Below are positions 37,650 to 50,760 of a stretch of 64,000 nt of DNA, piece after piece; within the stretch, counting starts at the first letter, position 1, and each line of letters begins with the position of its first letter. The DNA comes from Eukaryota sp. GEM-RC1 (lineage: Eukaryota): contig JAUFOQ010000001.1 in the NCBI GenBank assembly GCA_040285855.1, forward strand, positions 992,001-1,056,000. Direction: 5' to 3'. Made by a program: the position numbers and the translations under genes. The notes beneath the pieces were generated by a model, which was not told the DNA's origin, did not search any database, and saw nothing but the letters and a program-made list of their open reading frames with translations.

Positions 37650-40084
37650 CACCACTGACCATATTTAATGTCACTGACATTAATTCCGAACGAACTTTTT
37701 TGGAAGCCCAAACCCAAATTAATGTCACTGACATTAATGAGGAAGTGACATTAATTATGGTGTGTCCAAATTAATGTCACTAGATTTTGTTGAATCAAAT
37801 CTGTTGTCGACGAGCAACTTATAAAGAAAACATCAGTAATCAAAGTACTCTTTATAGGTTCCGATCTCACGGTACAATTGAATGTTCTTCCTGTTCACTG
37901 TAGTTCCATTATCGAACTTGGATATACATCGTAAGGAGATATGATTCATTCGAATTAATAAAATCAAAACTGTATATCAACCAGTCGAAAACCGTGTTAT
38001 TGATGTATTAGTAGAATCGCCGTTGTTATAAATCTTCTCTTCTTGACTTTCGGTACCTATCAGCAGCATCAACTGACAGGAATCTTGACCACCAGACTCC
38101 ATCCCAAAACACACAAAAAGCATCTTATTATTCATCTCTAAAATTCTACAGTGCACAGTGTATCCAATATGCTCATTGACTTAGTCATTATTCGGAAAAA
38201 CTCATAAGAATAGGATAAAAACGATTCGAAGTTGAAGGTAAGAGTAACTATATACTGATCTGACCTTCAGGGCAACTATTTTCAAATGTCTTTCTCATTC
38301 ACAACAAAATTTACTTGTAGTTGTACTGTATTTAGCTTTAGTATTAAGAAAAATGGAGACTTAGAGTTGAAGAAATCATATAATGGAGTTTCCTTATCGA
38401 AAGGTATTGGATTGTCAATCAATCTGCAGAAATGTTTGGTTATTGGTGGAACTCCTGTCAAAATTCTTCATGGTGAATCATCGATACCATTCGTTAATTA
38501 TTCCAAGGAATGTATTCGTTTTTTGGGAAATTATATAGGTAATGATGAGGAAATCAAGAATCGTTTAGCCGAAAAGAATTTGTCAATTCATTGCAAACTC
38601 AAAGAAGTTCTGGATCTGGGAGTTGGAAAGCAGATTTCTTTTGCCGTTTTACAAGCTTGCTTTGCTGGTAAAATCACTCATTATCTAAGGGGCCTTCCTC
38701 CTAATGTTACTTGTGATTTTTCGAGAGATTTTAACAAGATCCGAACCAAGCTTTTGAGTGTACTGATAGACTGTGGTGACACTTCGTTGCCAGGTCACTG
38801 CTTTACATCTACTTGTTTTGGGGGTGTAGGTTTCTCAAAGGCAAAGTATCTTCGTGAAGGAGCTTTCTTAGGGTGTTTAAAGAATTTCTTGTTCGAGTTT
38901 CGTATCCGTTATCCTGATCTTTGGCTTGATCATCGTTTTCTCTCATCTTCCCCGTGTTCATGGTTAACTAGTCTGCATGATCAGATTGAGAACCTTGATG
39001 CTGATATATGGGCGTCTCTTTTTCCCATATCTGTTACTGAGATCCCTCAAAGAAGTTTGTTCTCCTTACCACTATGTGTCCGTAAATTGCAGAAGCAATT
39101 TATCAACTATCATGAAAGCTTGGACTTTAACAATCGTATTAGCTTGGCTAAAATCGAGAGTCCCGCTTTTTGTGCTTTTTTGAAAGACATTTCTAGTGAC
39201 GAGGCTTCTACTTTGATTACTCGATATCCTCAAAGATATAGTTTCAACTTAAAAGATCATGAATGGCTTATCAACATTCGTTTGAGGTTGGGTTTATGGC
39301 CTGTTGGTCTCCTGCAAAAGTCTACTTGTGTGTGTGGTTCTTCTTTAGCCTCTTTCCATCATGTGGTCAACTGTCATAAGTTTATTCATTTAAGATCAAT
39401 TATTCACAACAGTTTACGTGATCAATGTTTAGAATTGTTTAAGAGCAATGGTTTTCATGGGAAAATCGAGACAGTTTTAAATACTTTGTCTGACTCAATT
39501 ATGAGGGATAAGAGTAGAGGTGATTTGATTGGTACTTGGTTGTCCTCTCAAGAAATAATTATGGACTTTGCTACGGTTGATCCTTGTAACTCAACTTCTG
39601 TTAACAAAATTTTAGACGAAAACTATTCAGCTCTTGAAACTGCTGAAAGGAAAAAATTAGATCGTTATGGCGAATTAATTTCCAAGATGAATTCTCGCTG
39701 ACACAATCCTTTTGTTTTTCATCCTTTTGCTACTTCTCTTTATGGTACGTTTGGTTGCTTCGGTCAACAATTTCTCACAGATTTTGGCAAATTGTGTAAG
39801 CAGTATGGAAAGAATTTAATGAAAGTTACTGGAGAGGAAGGTTGTCGTTTTCCCTTTTCAAAGCATTGTTTAGGTATTTTGATTCAATTTTGAACCGTCT
39901 CTTTGCATTGAGACATGAATATGAGACGATATAGAGGTATTGGTATCTCATTTGTTAATATTGATGATAGTTTGTATAATGGAGATGTTCCAAATTAATG
40001 TAACTTATTTTCCAGAATTTGCTCAAACCTAAATTAATGTCACTGACATTAATTGCGAAGTGACAATAATTAAGGTCAGCGGTG
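37650..40084. mobile_element. Degenerate TIR element (Tc1/pogo-like ends) enclosing a retroelement fragment
   Basis: Left end CACCACTGACCATATTTAATGTCACT vs right-end reverse complement CACCGCTGACCTTAATTATTGTCACT; TA follows the right end; palindrome TTAATGTCACTGACATTAA at 37665, 37719 and 40034. Confidence 0.6.
38286..39850 (+). mobile_element. 5'-truncated CRE/R2-type (RLE) non-LTR retrotransposon ORF
   Basis: RT thumb (GLSINLQKC, IRFLGNYIG, FGGVGF); IRLRLG; CCHC CVCG...HVVNC; HNSLRD; endonuclease RGD...DFATVD...AERKKLDRY; FHPFATSLYGTFG continues past an in-frame TGA at 39699-39701. Confidence 0.85.
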
Positions 40085-40999
40085 TAATTCTCAATTTCCA
40101 GTATTTTATGGAATCCAATCAGAATCAATTACTCCAAATTCAATCATATTGTAAGAATATCTGTTTCTCAATAGATCATGAACATGATATTAGATGTCCA
40201 AAAATCAAATAACTGTTGTAATGTTATGAACGAAAACCCTATACGAAAATACAGTAGGCTACGCTGTTATTAACACATTTCGGATACAAACTTATGAAAG
40301 GGTTACGCTAAGTGTGTTGCCCAAATAAATTCACAGTTTTTTCAACAACACGGGCTTGGATTAAAACAACAATAGTTGGAGAATTTTGCCTATATTGCAA
40401 TTACTAGTCATACAATAAGGCTGTAAATCTCGCTGTTCTACAAGTTACTAGAATGCCAGACGGACTACTCTAAAAAACTCTAGAATTACTACAGAAACTC
40501 TAAAAAATAATGGCACATCACAGTTGCTCAATTGTCACGACCATTATGCACGCATTTTCAAAAATGAATTGTACTCGATGATTCCAATGACCAATCAGAA
40601 TTCCAATTGTGACGACGTTGTATAATAGTGTTGTTGGATAACGTGGATAACATTAACGGTGTTTCTATTCCAGCCACACACCGTTATGATTTATAAAACA
40701 TCTCCAACGTACATCAAGGAATTCTTTTCATGGAACTCAACCCAGGTCAACAAACTTCAAGGGACCGTTAGAACTCAATTGAACCCTACATCACCGAGTA
40801 TTATTTGTTCTCTTATGATTAATCTAATCATACTTAAGGACTGGATAAATGTACATGTTTATTGAACAATAGCAACCGATTGACTAAGTATTACATTCTC
40901 ACACAGATACAAACAAATATTTATGTTGATGTATGTTGTACAACAATACCAATTACAGTTGAGTTTGAAAAGTATTCCCTGCCGTAGATGAATTCGTTG

Positions 41000-43380
41000 G
41001 TGAAGATACACTAGACCAACCTTGACTCAACTCGATTGGATAATTGTCTTCAGCTAAGACTTATTTCGGGATCCACCAATGCCCAAAGTGTTGCTAAGAC
41101 ACTCCCATCGAAATAGACCTAATCAACTCCAAACCTAGCGTGGTAAAACAAGACCTTTTCAATATCTCTGAACGAAACAAACTTATACTCGGCTTTGATT
41201 ATCTGAGACAGCGAAATTTGAGCTGTCGTACTGACACATCTGTTCACTTCCAGCCTAACCAAGAGCTTGGTACCAACAATGACCCTGTGGTAGAACTATA
41301 GCCAACAGTTCGTCAGAGATATCAGGCTTCTAATCCTATCATTATTACAAACAGTATCACCATCAATAAATCAATAAACTACCTTCTTTCCAAGAATTCT
41401 TGGGGAACAATTCTGTGACTGTGTCTGTAAACTATTGTCTTTCTACCAACAGAAGAAATAGACTAATGAAACAGAACATAGATACTTTTCTATGACCCGG
41501 AAGGTCAATGTATCCGAAGTTATCTTTCCCACAACACTTTAACAAATGTGTGAAGAGCGTAAGGAAGTCATCATTAGTCTCATTCGGAATTCAAATTCTC
41601 CTGTGGAGTAGGATAAAGCCATGAAAAAGTTTCTGCTACTACTTCTCAGAATCGGGTAAGTGCCTGGAAGTATCAATGACGTGATGAAAGAAGAGAATAT
41701 GCGTATGGTGTTGATATCATATGTCAAAAGACAATCCCTGCACCTGGAGTGAAACGTGAATCTTTAGGAAATCTGTGGACTAATCTGCTAAATATTCTAC
41801 TTCTCATGCACAACCAAATGACGCAGGAGTAATTGATGTTACAGGCACTCCTACTCAAAACAATGTGAGAAAGCTGTTACCCATAATTGTGGAAGAACGT
41901 CTTACATATGATGAAGCTCAAAATAGAATTGGATCTTCCTCAGTTTAAACAAAGCCGAGAACTTATGGAGAGGTTGCTGTGATGAGTTAACTCATCTAGA
42001 AAGGTCTGACTCTTGGAAGTCACGATCCAGACTATCTTCTTCATTTGAACCTGTTGCCACCTCATCTCAAGTTTTGCCTCTCCGTTCTAGCCGACGGTCC
42101 GAAGCTTTGGCAAAGCGTTTATGCTTCAAATGTCAACAACCAGGACATATCGCCACCAATTGTCCTGCAACACCCAAACATGAACTTAATCTGGTTCAGA
42201 TTGATGACAGTGAAACAACCTATTTTAGAAATCCTCTTGCCTCTCTCAAATGAGGAGAAGTAGTGTTGTAGGTATGTAGAATAGACTTTTTTTCTTTATA
42301 GATCTTCTTTCTTTGCCTTTAGGCAACATTTGTCTTTATACATAACAACCCATCTCTAAATAGGTGTTAGCTTCTTGGTTCCGACGAGCTTCAAGAAACA
42401 GTTCGTTTCTCACCAGTAAATTAGAAAGCATTTTTCAGGTATACAACAAGAACAATGCCGTATTTAATACAAATTTTTTAAACAAATAACTCGAATTGAT
42501 CCACATTGTTTTTAAAAACTGTTTGAAATAGACTAAGAAAAATCTATACCCAGTTCACCTTGCATTTAAGGTCCACAACAAAGACGTTAAAACAAGGGTG
42601 TACGTAGAGGTCCTCAAGTTTTGATCTCTAAAGACCAATGAATAAATAGATAGTTATGTCGTTATCAAGATCTATAAACAACCAATGCAGAAAATTTCTT
42701 TCATCATTTAGGTTTAAAAACTAAAATTGAGAATGCATTCTATTCAACAAAGTGAACGGCAACAGAGTTTAGACACATAACCAATAACATAATCAACAAT
42801 ACTTTGAACTCAGAAATAACTTTGGTGATATCCAAAAGTGAATGAAATGAACAAAGATATTAAGTTGTATGGAGATGCAAGTTAAAGAAGAATCTAAATG
42901 AGATCAAGTTCCCATTGCAGAGTGGTAACTAACCTGATGGGAGATTTCAAAGAGGAAGTAACAACACCAGTCATGAGATTTCAACACGAGGACGGAAGAC
43001 ATATCTTAAAGTTATTATAGATTACAAACAACAAGTAAAAGTCCCTTTTTCAAGGAAGTAACACTCCACAACAAGAAAGAGAGAGACTAGGTGGAGCAAA
43101 AGTACAAAAAGAGTTATCATAATCCAAGGATCGAGAAGTAGATCACGTGGAGGGAATGAAGGTGGAAGTCACACAGACATTGGACACGTGGCAAGCAATA
43201 GAAGAGAGTGGAAAGAACAATGTACTAGTAGTAGAGTTCCCAATACAGAAGTACAACCATGTTGAGGATTCGTTAAGCAAACCTGAAGATCAACATCTGA
43301 GATGTACAAATAGAAGAACCAAGCTCTGGAGATAGATTTGATACATTTACTAGTCTGGAACTCCATGACTAGTAATATAT
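41000..43380 (+). mobile_element. Highly decayed LTR retrotransposon (gag knuckle; possible chromodomain at 3' end); boundaries approximate
   Basis: CX2CX4HX4C knuckle CFKCQQPGHIATNC at 42122-42163; RIEK*ITW...DTWQAIEE near 43130-43205 resembles a chromodomain; no LTRs identified. Confidence 0.5.
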
Positions 43381-43520
43381 AAAATGAAGTATAAGGTAAA
43401 TGTTAGTATCATGCAAGGTTGAAGTTAACACCGCAAATACCATTTTAGACAAACGTGGACAGATGTAGACACAAGAACAGGTGTTGTGGTGCCAGTTAAG
43501 CTTGGAACCAGCTGAGGTTA
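43119..43520 (+). repeat. Dispersed repeat plus conserved proximal upstream block of BTB-SPRY copy 2
   Basis: Matches 12540-12830 and 13075-13220 (GAAGTA.AAGGTAA.TGTTAGTATCA...CAGCTGAGG.TATCAGGA). Confidence 0.88.
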
Positions 43521-43569
43521 TCAGGAAACAGTGTCTTTCATTATCCACCAGATTTCCATCTACCATCAC

Positions 43570-44891
43570 ATGTCATTTGCTCTCCTACCAGCAGAAACTC
43601 TCAGCTGCATCCTCACTGACCCCTCGTTCTCTGATCAAACCATTTCCTTTGGAGAAGAGTCTATTGAAGTGAACAAAACTGTTCTTGCTGCGAGTTCTAC
43701 CTACTTTCACTCTCTCTGGTTCTTGGAGTTTGGAGACAAACACGATAACCCCATTGACTTCTCTCGTCTTCCCGGGGGTTCCGACACTTTCTTTTCTTTC
43801 ATCAAATCTTTCTACGGAAAGCCATTCACTCTCACCGACAGTAATGCGTACCACTTCTTCTATCTAATCCACTACTTTCAAGTAAACAAGTTGGCTGACC
43901 AGTTTGAAAACCACCTCAACACTCATCTCGTAAGCTGGGCTTGGTTAAAGCCATTCATTAAAGAAGCAAATGAAAGAAATGACTTGAGAGCTCTGGAATT
44001 CGTTGGTCCTTTCTTTTCCAAGATTGATGACCTTGTGATTGATGACGTTATGGCAATCAGTACTGAAGGGTTTAAATCGCTTGTAAAATACTGCACTTCC
44101 ACTCAATCACTGTCATGGTTCATTAAATCATTGGTGAGCGCAATCCTCAATCAAAATTTCGATTTGAATGAGGTTCCCAATATTTTAAATTCTTGCTCAG
44201 TAGAAGCTCTTTCTTTACAACAATGGAAAGAGTATTTATTTGTTCCTTTAAAACATGTAAAAGAATTGGAGACGGAGTTGATGAAGTTTTCTTTTACAAG
44301 AGTTAATGATCGTTGTGTGGACTCTTTGGTGACGGAAAATTCTAACTTAGTTTCAGAAATTGATCAATTAAAAAATGAAATTGAAACATTAAAAAAGACT
44401 GCTACAAACATGATTAAATTCTCTCAAATCAGGAAACATCCTCAGTTACAAGTTAGTGAGGACAAAAGAGAGTTTTTGTTAAAAGTGGTGGTACTGCTTT
44501 TAGAAGTATCTTGGGAGAAGTTCCACTGATTCCAGGTAATGACTATACGTGGAAGTTGAGGTATCAGGGGCATACCAGTGATATTTTTGTTGGAATCATT
44601 GACGAGTCAAAGTTTAGTATTAATGAAGAAGATGAATGTCATTTCGATGCTCACGGTATTTTTAATGATGAATGTGACTTTCAAAATAATCTCTCATCAG
44701 TAATTGTTGATTGGAATCCTGGTGAATTACTCGAAATTAATGCAAATCTAATTAATTACACTTTAACAATCAAATTCGTGGGTAATTCTTCAATGTATCA
44801 CACTGAAACTCTTCCTAGATTAAGCAGAGGTAATTATTATCAATATGCTCACATGTGGTCCATGGATCATGTAATTGAAATCGTTGACTAA
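43570..44891 (+). CDS. BTB-coiled coil-SPRY protein, copy 2 (1-nt deletion in A-run ~44465)
   Basis: N-terminal half nearly identical to copies 1 and 5; SPRY in ORF 44511-44891. Confidence 0.85.
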
Positions 44892-45773
44892 AGTTCAACA
44901 CTCTATCGTTGTGGGTAAGTCTTTATAAGGGAATCTTATGATTTGTAAATAGTAGTCTCAAAAGGACATTCTAGTAGGTCTATAAACGTTTATTCAGTAG
45001 CCAAATAATATCCGTGTCACAACATTCTGAATTGGTAAAAATAAATTAACAAATATTAAGACTAAATCCAAACGACTTCATCCTTATCAGATTGATTTAT
45101 TCGACATTAGTGAATATACCCATAGTGCGATGCCTGTATCCCCAAGAAGAGAATACCTAACACATCAGCCTGATACCTGAAGCCAGACAAATATTTGAAC
45201 ACATTATCGAAACTAATTCATATATATTATTGTACAAACATCTAATTCAACAGACTGTACTACTAGTGTTACATACATTTTTACTCGTCACTCCGTCTTG
45301 TCTTTTTCTTGGGCAGAATCCATCTTTATGGTTGACAACATTAAATTTTTCATTAAATTATTTTCAATGTACCGCATTGGTGTCACGATCTTCAGATACA
45401 GTGACCACTTCAAAATGCGAAACTACACGTTAAATGCGATTTTTGTTAAGATATCTTTGGCTTCTTTACTTAAACAGATTTTTTTTGTATAAGCAGACAT
45501 TTCTAACACTAAAACAGGATACAAGTAGGGCCAGAAATCGAAAATCGGAGTAGTGAGGCGATCTACAAAGTAAGTTCTGCTATAGAACAATAACATTAAT
45601 ACTTATTTTGATTTATTAAGACAGAATTCAGAAGATACAAAGAGAAGGGATCGTAATTCAACAATCGCTGTTTACTTAAAAAAACACATCTGCACTCGAA
45701 AGCTATATTAAATTCAAGTGACTGTTATTAATACTGATGGTTCTTTTACTGAGCATTATGATGATTTGGTTAT

Positions 45774-45879
45774 TTCTTCAATTAATCTCACTGGAACTCT
45801 TCCCAGATTAAGCAGTGAAAATTATTATCCAGTTGCTTCATTATACTGGCTTTACCATGTACTTGAAATCGTTGAATAA
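45774..45879 (+). pseudogene. Orphan 3' fragment of a SPRY domain (last ~34 codons plus stop)
   Basis: Translates SSINLTGTLPRLSSENYYPVASLYWLYHVLEIVE*; no upstream SPRY sequence. Confidence 0.9.
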
Positions 45880-46882
45880 TACTGTGTAATTCACTTTGTC
45901 TTTCTCGTATCAAGTGTCTATTAACTTAAATACATGATATGAACAGACAATTCTAGGTATCAGAACTACAGCCAAAATAGTTAAGTAGTACGGAAAACTT
46001 ATCCGTAAAAAGTACTTTTATTTTACAGCTAATTATTACGGTGTTATCCAGATTGTGGTTCGGTTTCTCTGGCTCTTGTCCACTTAGCTAGTTTGCTTTA
46101 ACTCCAGCATTGTATTTGTGAAAAAACTTGTTGCCGTTTGAAACCGCTCTCGAAGCATTGTAGATGGCAGCCCGGAAGAGTAACTTTTTGTTTGTCCTGT
46201 GTGGAAGTTGTCTTTGTTGATTTGATTGCTAGACATTCTGGGCTCACATTTAGTTTATTATGTCGTAGACCATGTTTGAATATGCGTCGTTGAAAACCAT
46301 TAGTGCTAGCGGACTCACATACAGAATACATGTGTACTGCAAGTCTGTGCTTTTACATAGTCTCAATAAGACTGAATTATCAGAGCATGAAAGTCAATAC
46401 TGGCTTACTTTTCTTCAGTGTAATTCAGACTGATTGGAGTAAGAATTTGACACTTAAGTAGAAGTGATGACAGCACCATCTGAGGGTTGGTTTACTCTTT
46501 CCAAAACAGGAATTCAACATACAGATTTGTAACCGATTATGGGCTTTGTTTTAAAAACATCAAATAGTACACGATTCATCCAGAAATTATGATCAAAGCT
46601 TCTTTTCATTATCGTTTTACACTATTTGAAATCTATTTTAAAACTTCAGTGTCCTTTGACCGGATGTTGTGTCGTTGCTGTTACAGACATCATTGACAAG
46701 ACGATGTAACAATAAAATACACAGATGTTCCAGGACACCAAGATCTTCAATACATCAACCAATTTACTAATCGCTGATATTGTAAGAACACTGATACGAT
46801 GTTTTTGTCTTAACAGACTTAGATGCTAGAATTCTGTACAAAGGAGTTTATGGTCCAGCAAGTTGTGAATTTGGGTTTTCTC

Positions 46883-47601
46883 TTAGTCATAATATGGTTG
46901 TGAAGTGGAGTGACTGGGTGAAATTCCAGCAGTTGTAGCTTTTAAGAGTGAGTTTTCTGATGTTAAATTCTGATTTTCAGTTGCCAAATCAGAGATTGTT
47001 TTCTTCAAATAAGAGTTTTCCATGACAAGCTCTGAGTTTCTTTGTTCTGTGGAAACCAACTCATTCTTGATTGAAATAAAAACAGACTCAGGAACCATTG
47101 ATTTCAACTCCAATTTCAACTTGGAGTTCGCACTTTTCAAATTTTGTGAAAAATCTTGGGACTCCGACAGTTCCCGCTCTTTTCAGCAATTTTTGATTTA
47201 AGTGACAGAATTGTAGTGGATACTTCAGACATTTTTTCCTTCAAAGTGTGTGCTAACTCAGATATTTGATCAGCTTGTTCGTTTGCCTGTCGTTCTACAG
47301 CATCTACAGTATTTCTTTGATTCTCGCAGTTACTTCTGAAAACTGCCATGGACTTTTCGAGATCTGCCTTAGTGGCCTCAAAACTCTCCTGATCCCGTTG
47401 AATAAATTCGCGATAATTGACAGCAAAGTCCCTGTCTATTTGATTCCTCTTTCCACGAGATTCCTCTCTTTTTGCTTTCATCGCACGCATCCTTTCCATT
47501 ATCTGCCATGTTTGTGCATTCACATTGTCGTTGTTTTCGACAGGTTTCTTGATGTCAGCGGATCTGACAGATTTTGATTCAGGTTGTGTATCACCTGTCA
47601 T
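46883..47601 (-). CDS. Coiled-coil protein, frameshifted near 47140-47170
   Basis: Two abutting heptad-rich ORFs; ISDLATENQNLTSENSLLKATT resembles the extended coil of BTB-SPRY copy 3. Confidence 0.55.
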
Positions 47602-48395
47602 TTTCTAAGCGAAGGCTAAACAAATATATATACATGCCACGAATTTCGATCTCGAAGTCCAAGAGCAAAATTTTCAATTGAGTTCAGCGTGTCAAACGTA
47701 ATTATTGTTCACTGTCGACTGTATATGCACATCATCACTTGTGCTTGATGTGCTAGCTCTCCTTCAACAGTTTACACTTATGTCCATCGTCATTGAAGTG
47801 ATAGACTTTTGGATTGTCTTCATTTGTAGATTCTATGTAACCTTTGTCGTGGTTATGTAGTTTGTTATCTCCTTTCCTAATGTCACTAGTTCTTCATTTG
47901 TGTTTCTCATTCATCTGGTAACACTGTTAGTTGTTAATGTTGTTTGATCACTAAAGGAGGTTCACAGAAACTGTTTCAGTATTATTCCGTCCATTCACAA
48001 TAGCACACAATGAATGGACAGGCCAAGTAAGCAGTTCTTAATTCCCAAATTATTGGTGTACTTATGTAATCTCGACAAATGACATAGGGTTTGTAATAGT
48101 CAATTAAATACTAATTATCAGTCGTAAAAAACAAATTTGGGTGTATAAATCAATATATTTTGTTTTTGCAAAACAAAAACCTCTGTCTGTATTTCATTTC
48201 TTTGTTTTAGAATCATTCAATTTTTCCAATGTCAAGGATCAGGTCGAGTCGTGTAGACAGAAGTCGAGTTGAGGTCGGGTAAGTTTTTGTCAGTCGATTC
48301 GCATCAATTTGAGTTATTTAACAATACATTAGAAACCGATCTATTGATGTCATTGTGTTTGTTTGAATAACATTTCATTTTAGTGACGCATCGCT

Positions 48396-48690
48396 ATGCA
48401 CCTTAATCGTGTCTCTATCCAAAATCCTCCAATTCAAAATCTGGGAAGAGTCCTTTGATGTTAAAGATCAAATATCAACTATTATAACTCAATCAACAGA
48501 CATCTTGTTTGACATGTGTTTCTGCTTTATCCGCCTGTCCTTTCTGTCGCAGCCCAAAACTCTCCAAGCCTGTAATTAATCTCGCCCTATTAGATGTCGT
48601 CACGTCATCAAAATCTGGGGAGACAAAAAATTGTCAATAAATACACGTTGGTTCAATTGAGTATCGATGTGCCAATAACGATTGAGTAAC
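48396..48690 (+). pseudogene. Decayed RING finger + B-box-like (TRIM-like N-terminus)
   Basis: One frame from 48506 reads CLTCVSALSACPFCRSPKLSKPVINLALLDVV...NCQ*IHVGSIEYRCANND. Upstream LQFKIWEESFD looks like a mutated CxxC first half. Confidence 0.55.
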
Positions 48691-49899
48691 GGATCTAACA
48701 TTTTTCATGAAACATCAAATACTTTGAAGAATCCTCAGCTTCCTAAAGGAACTCAATAGAGGACTCGGAGTATTAAACACGATTTTGATTGAGTATTGTT
48801 TCAGTACATAAACATCGATTGCAAAACAACAGAATAGATTCAGTTCATGTCATGCTAGACACAACAAATTCAAGAAAGTAAGTAATTGAAAAGCAGTGGG
48901 TAGCAATTTACTTATGTTCAGGCATAGAAGAGAAATTTTGTTTCTTGATATTGTCGTCAGGAACCTCTAATCGGTCAAACTGCAATTGATATATTCAACT
49001 GTTACACATTGCAATATTGTTGAAAGAGATTGAGGAAGTGTTGAGTGGATTGTGATGTATAGACAATCAGTAGAGTTAATGTTTATTTATAAAACCCTTT
49101 CTCTTGCTTTGAGCAACAATAATTATTGTGCCTTTCCTATGTCGTCTTGTTCATACACTGACCCAGTATTTCCTTCTTAAACCAAGATGAGATTTGTTCT
49201 TTGATCCAGCAATGGAAGACCTATCGTTCCGTCTGTGACAAAAGGTTTTAATATCAGCTCGATTACTCGCAGATCCTTCCTTGGAGATGAAGCACTTATA
49301 CTCTGCAATCCTGAATGCAATGCTTCGGAGGATGCCTTCCTGGAGCACCTCCAATCCCTAATTGCATTTAGTAGTGATGAAGAATTCATAACAACCACTG
49401 ATAAATTGAAACTGGATGTCCGAATAGGAAATCCTCGTGAATAGACCACACAAAATGAATGGTAACCCCAAGATAGGAGTGTCCTGCAAATATCAGGCTT
49501 AGGCAAATCCGTGTTGTTTAACAATGGGCAAACACAATATTTACATATGTAAACACTATTTGTCTAGAACAAAATTCGCCTACGAAAGTTCAAATATAAT
49601 CCGTCGACCCGACGACGACGAAGAAATGACATATGAGCGTCGACGATCGTCAAGAGCGAATTCGTCATTTGCCAGTCTTGATTTCTTACCACACAGTTTG
49701 ACCCTAGATATTAGTATCTCACCTCACTCTTCTGAGGATATTTCTAGTGCTTTGCAATCAATCAGTCACCGATTTAACTTAACAAAATCTCAGCTGTTGT
49801 TAGTGGCAACGCTGCAAACATGTTGAAAGGCTTGAAATTATTTAAATCTCAAGAACAAAACTATAAGACTGATCACGAATTGAGTAATGATGAACCTAT

Positions 49900-50760
49900 T
49901 GAACTACAACCAGACTTCACTTATATGTTCTCAGTGAGATGTTTTGCACATTTCCTGAATGTCGCTGTCAACGAAGGCATCAAGTTGCATGTCATCAAAA
50001 CATTGCTTAAGTCAGTCAGGCAGACAGAAACGTAGTAGGGCTTCCTGGATTGGTTTACCTGACTCCTCTCTTCTTAGGTGAAATATATTTAAATAAAACT
50101 GGAAAAACTAACAAATACCAAAGTGCGTTAACTCGCTGGACCTGGAAACCACAAGTGCACAACAAGTGTCTCAGGACTCGTTTCAATTAAGGGATAATTT
50201 GATATCACTAATCGACCCCAAGATGTTATGGCAGTTCGATTGAAAGTTGATCGAAAGCGAGCTAGGTTCTGGTTATAGCCACTTACTTTACCACATAACT
50301 TCTGTTCACAAGGTATGTCATTTTCTCCTGCAACTAAATCTAGAACTATCTCACTCTTATGTCATGGCTTTTAAACGATGACCCTGAATACATCTTCATA
50401 CTTGGCTCAGCTGACCGTGTCTAAATAGTTACTGCTGGCTTGATTGGGTTGTTTCCGACCTCCGAGAGTTTACTTTTGTCGATCAAGAAACAACTGATTA
50501 CTATTCAAAATTGAAGTCTACCTGCTCTAAGACATTGCTAAACCATGCTGTTTGGTTGAAGGTAACAAGTGGATAAAAAAATTTGCTGAGGGTTTTAATT
50601 CTCCATTTGGGCTCGTTTTAGATGGATGGAAGTTCCCGATCTAACACTGAGTATGTCGGATTAATTGCAACTACTTTTGGCCAAACACACCTCGTTCTGC
50701 TGGATTTCATCCCCTTCAAATTGTCAAATGATGACGACCAAGTTGAAACTCCTTCTGTTG
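49900..50760 (+). mobile_element. Scrambled hAT transposase remnants
   Basis: VRCFAHFLNVAVNEG (CxxH motif) near 49935; FGLVLDGW/SSRSNTEYVGLIAT near 50606-50675; no TIRs found. Confidence 0.6.

Noticed and set aside
39699..39701. Stop-codon reassignment (in-frame TGA in the CRE ORF, TAG at 11333)
   Set aside because: TAA, TAG and TGA all terminate conserved genes here (SPRY, USP7, dynamin/Rab); the in-frame stops are in decayed elements.
46340..46880. Possible decayed SPRY domain downstream of the minus-strand coiled-coil gene
   Set aside because: Only a vague ATTQHPVKGH*SFKIDFK resemblance, with many stops; not supportable by eye.
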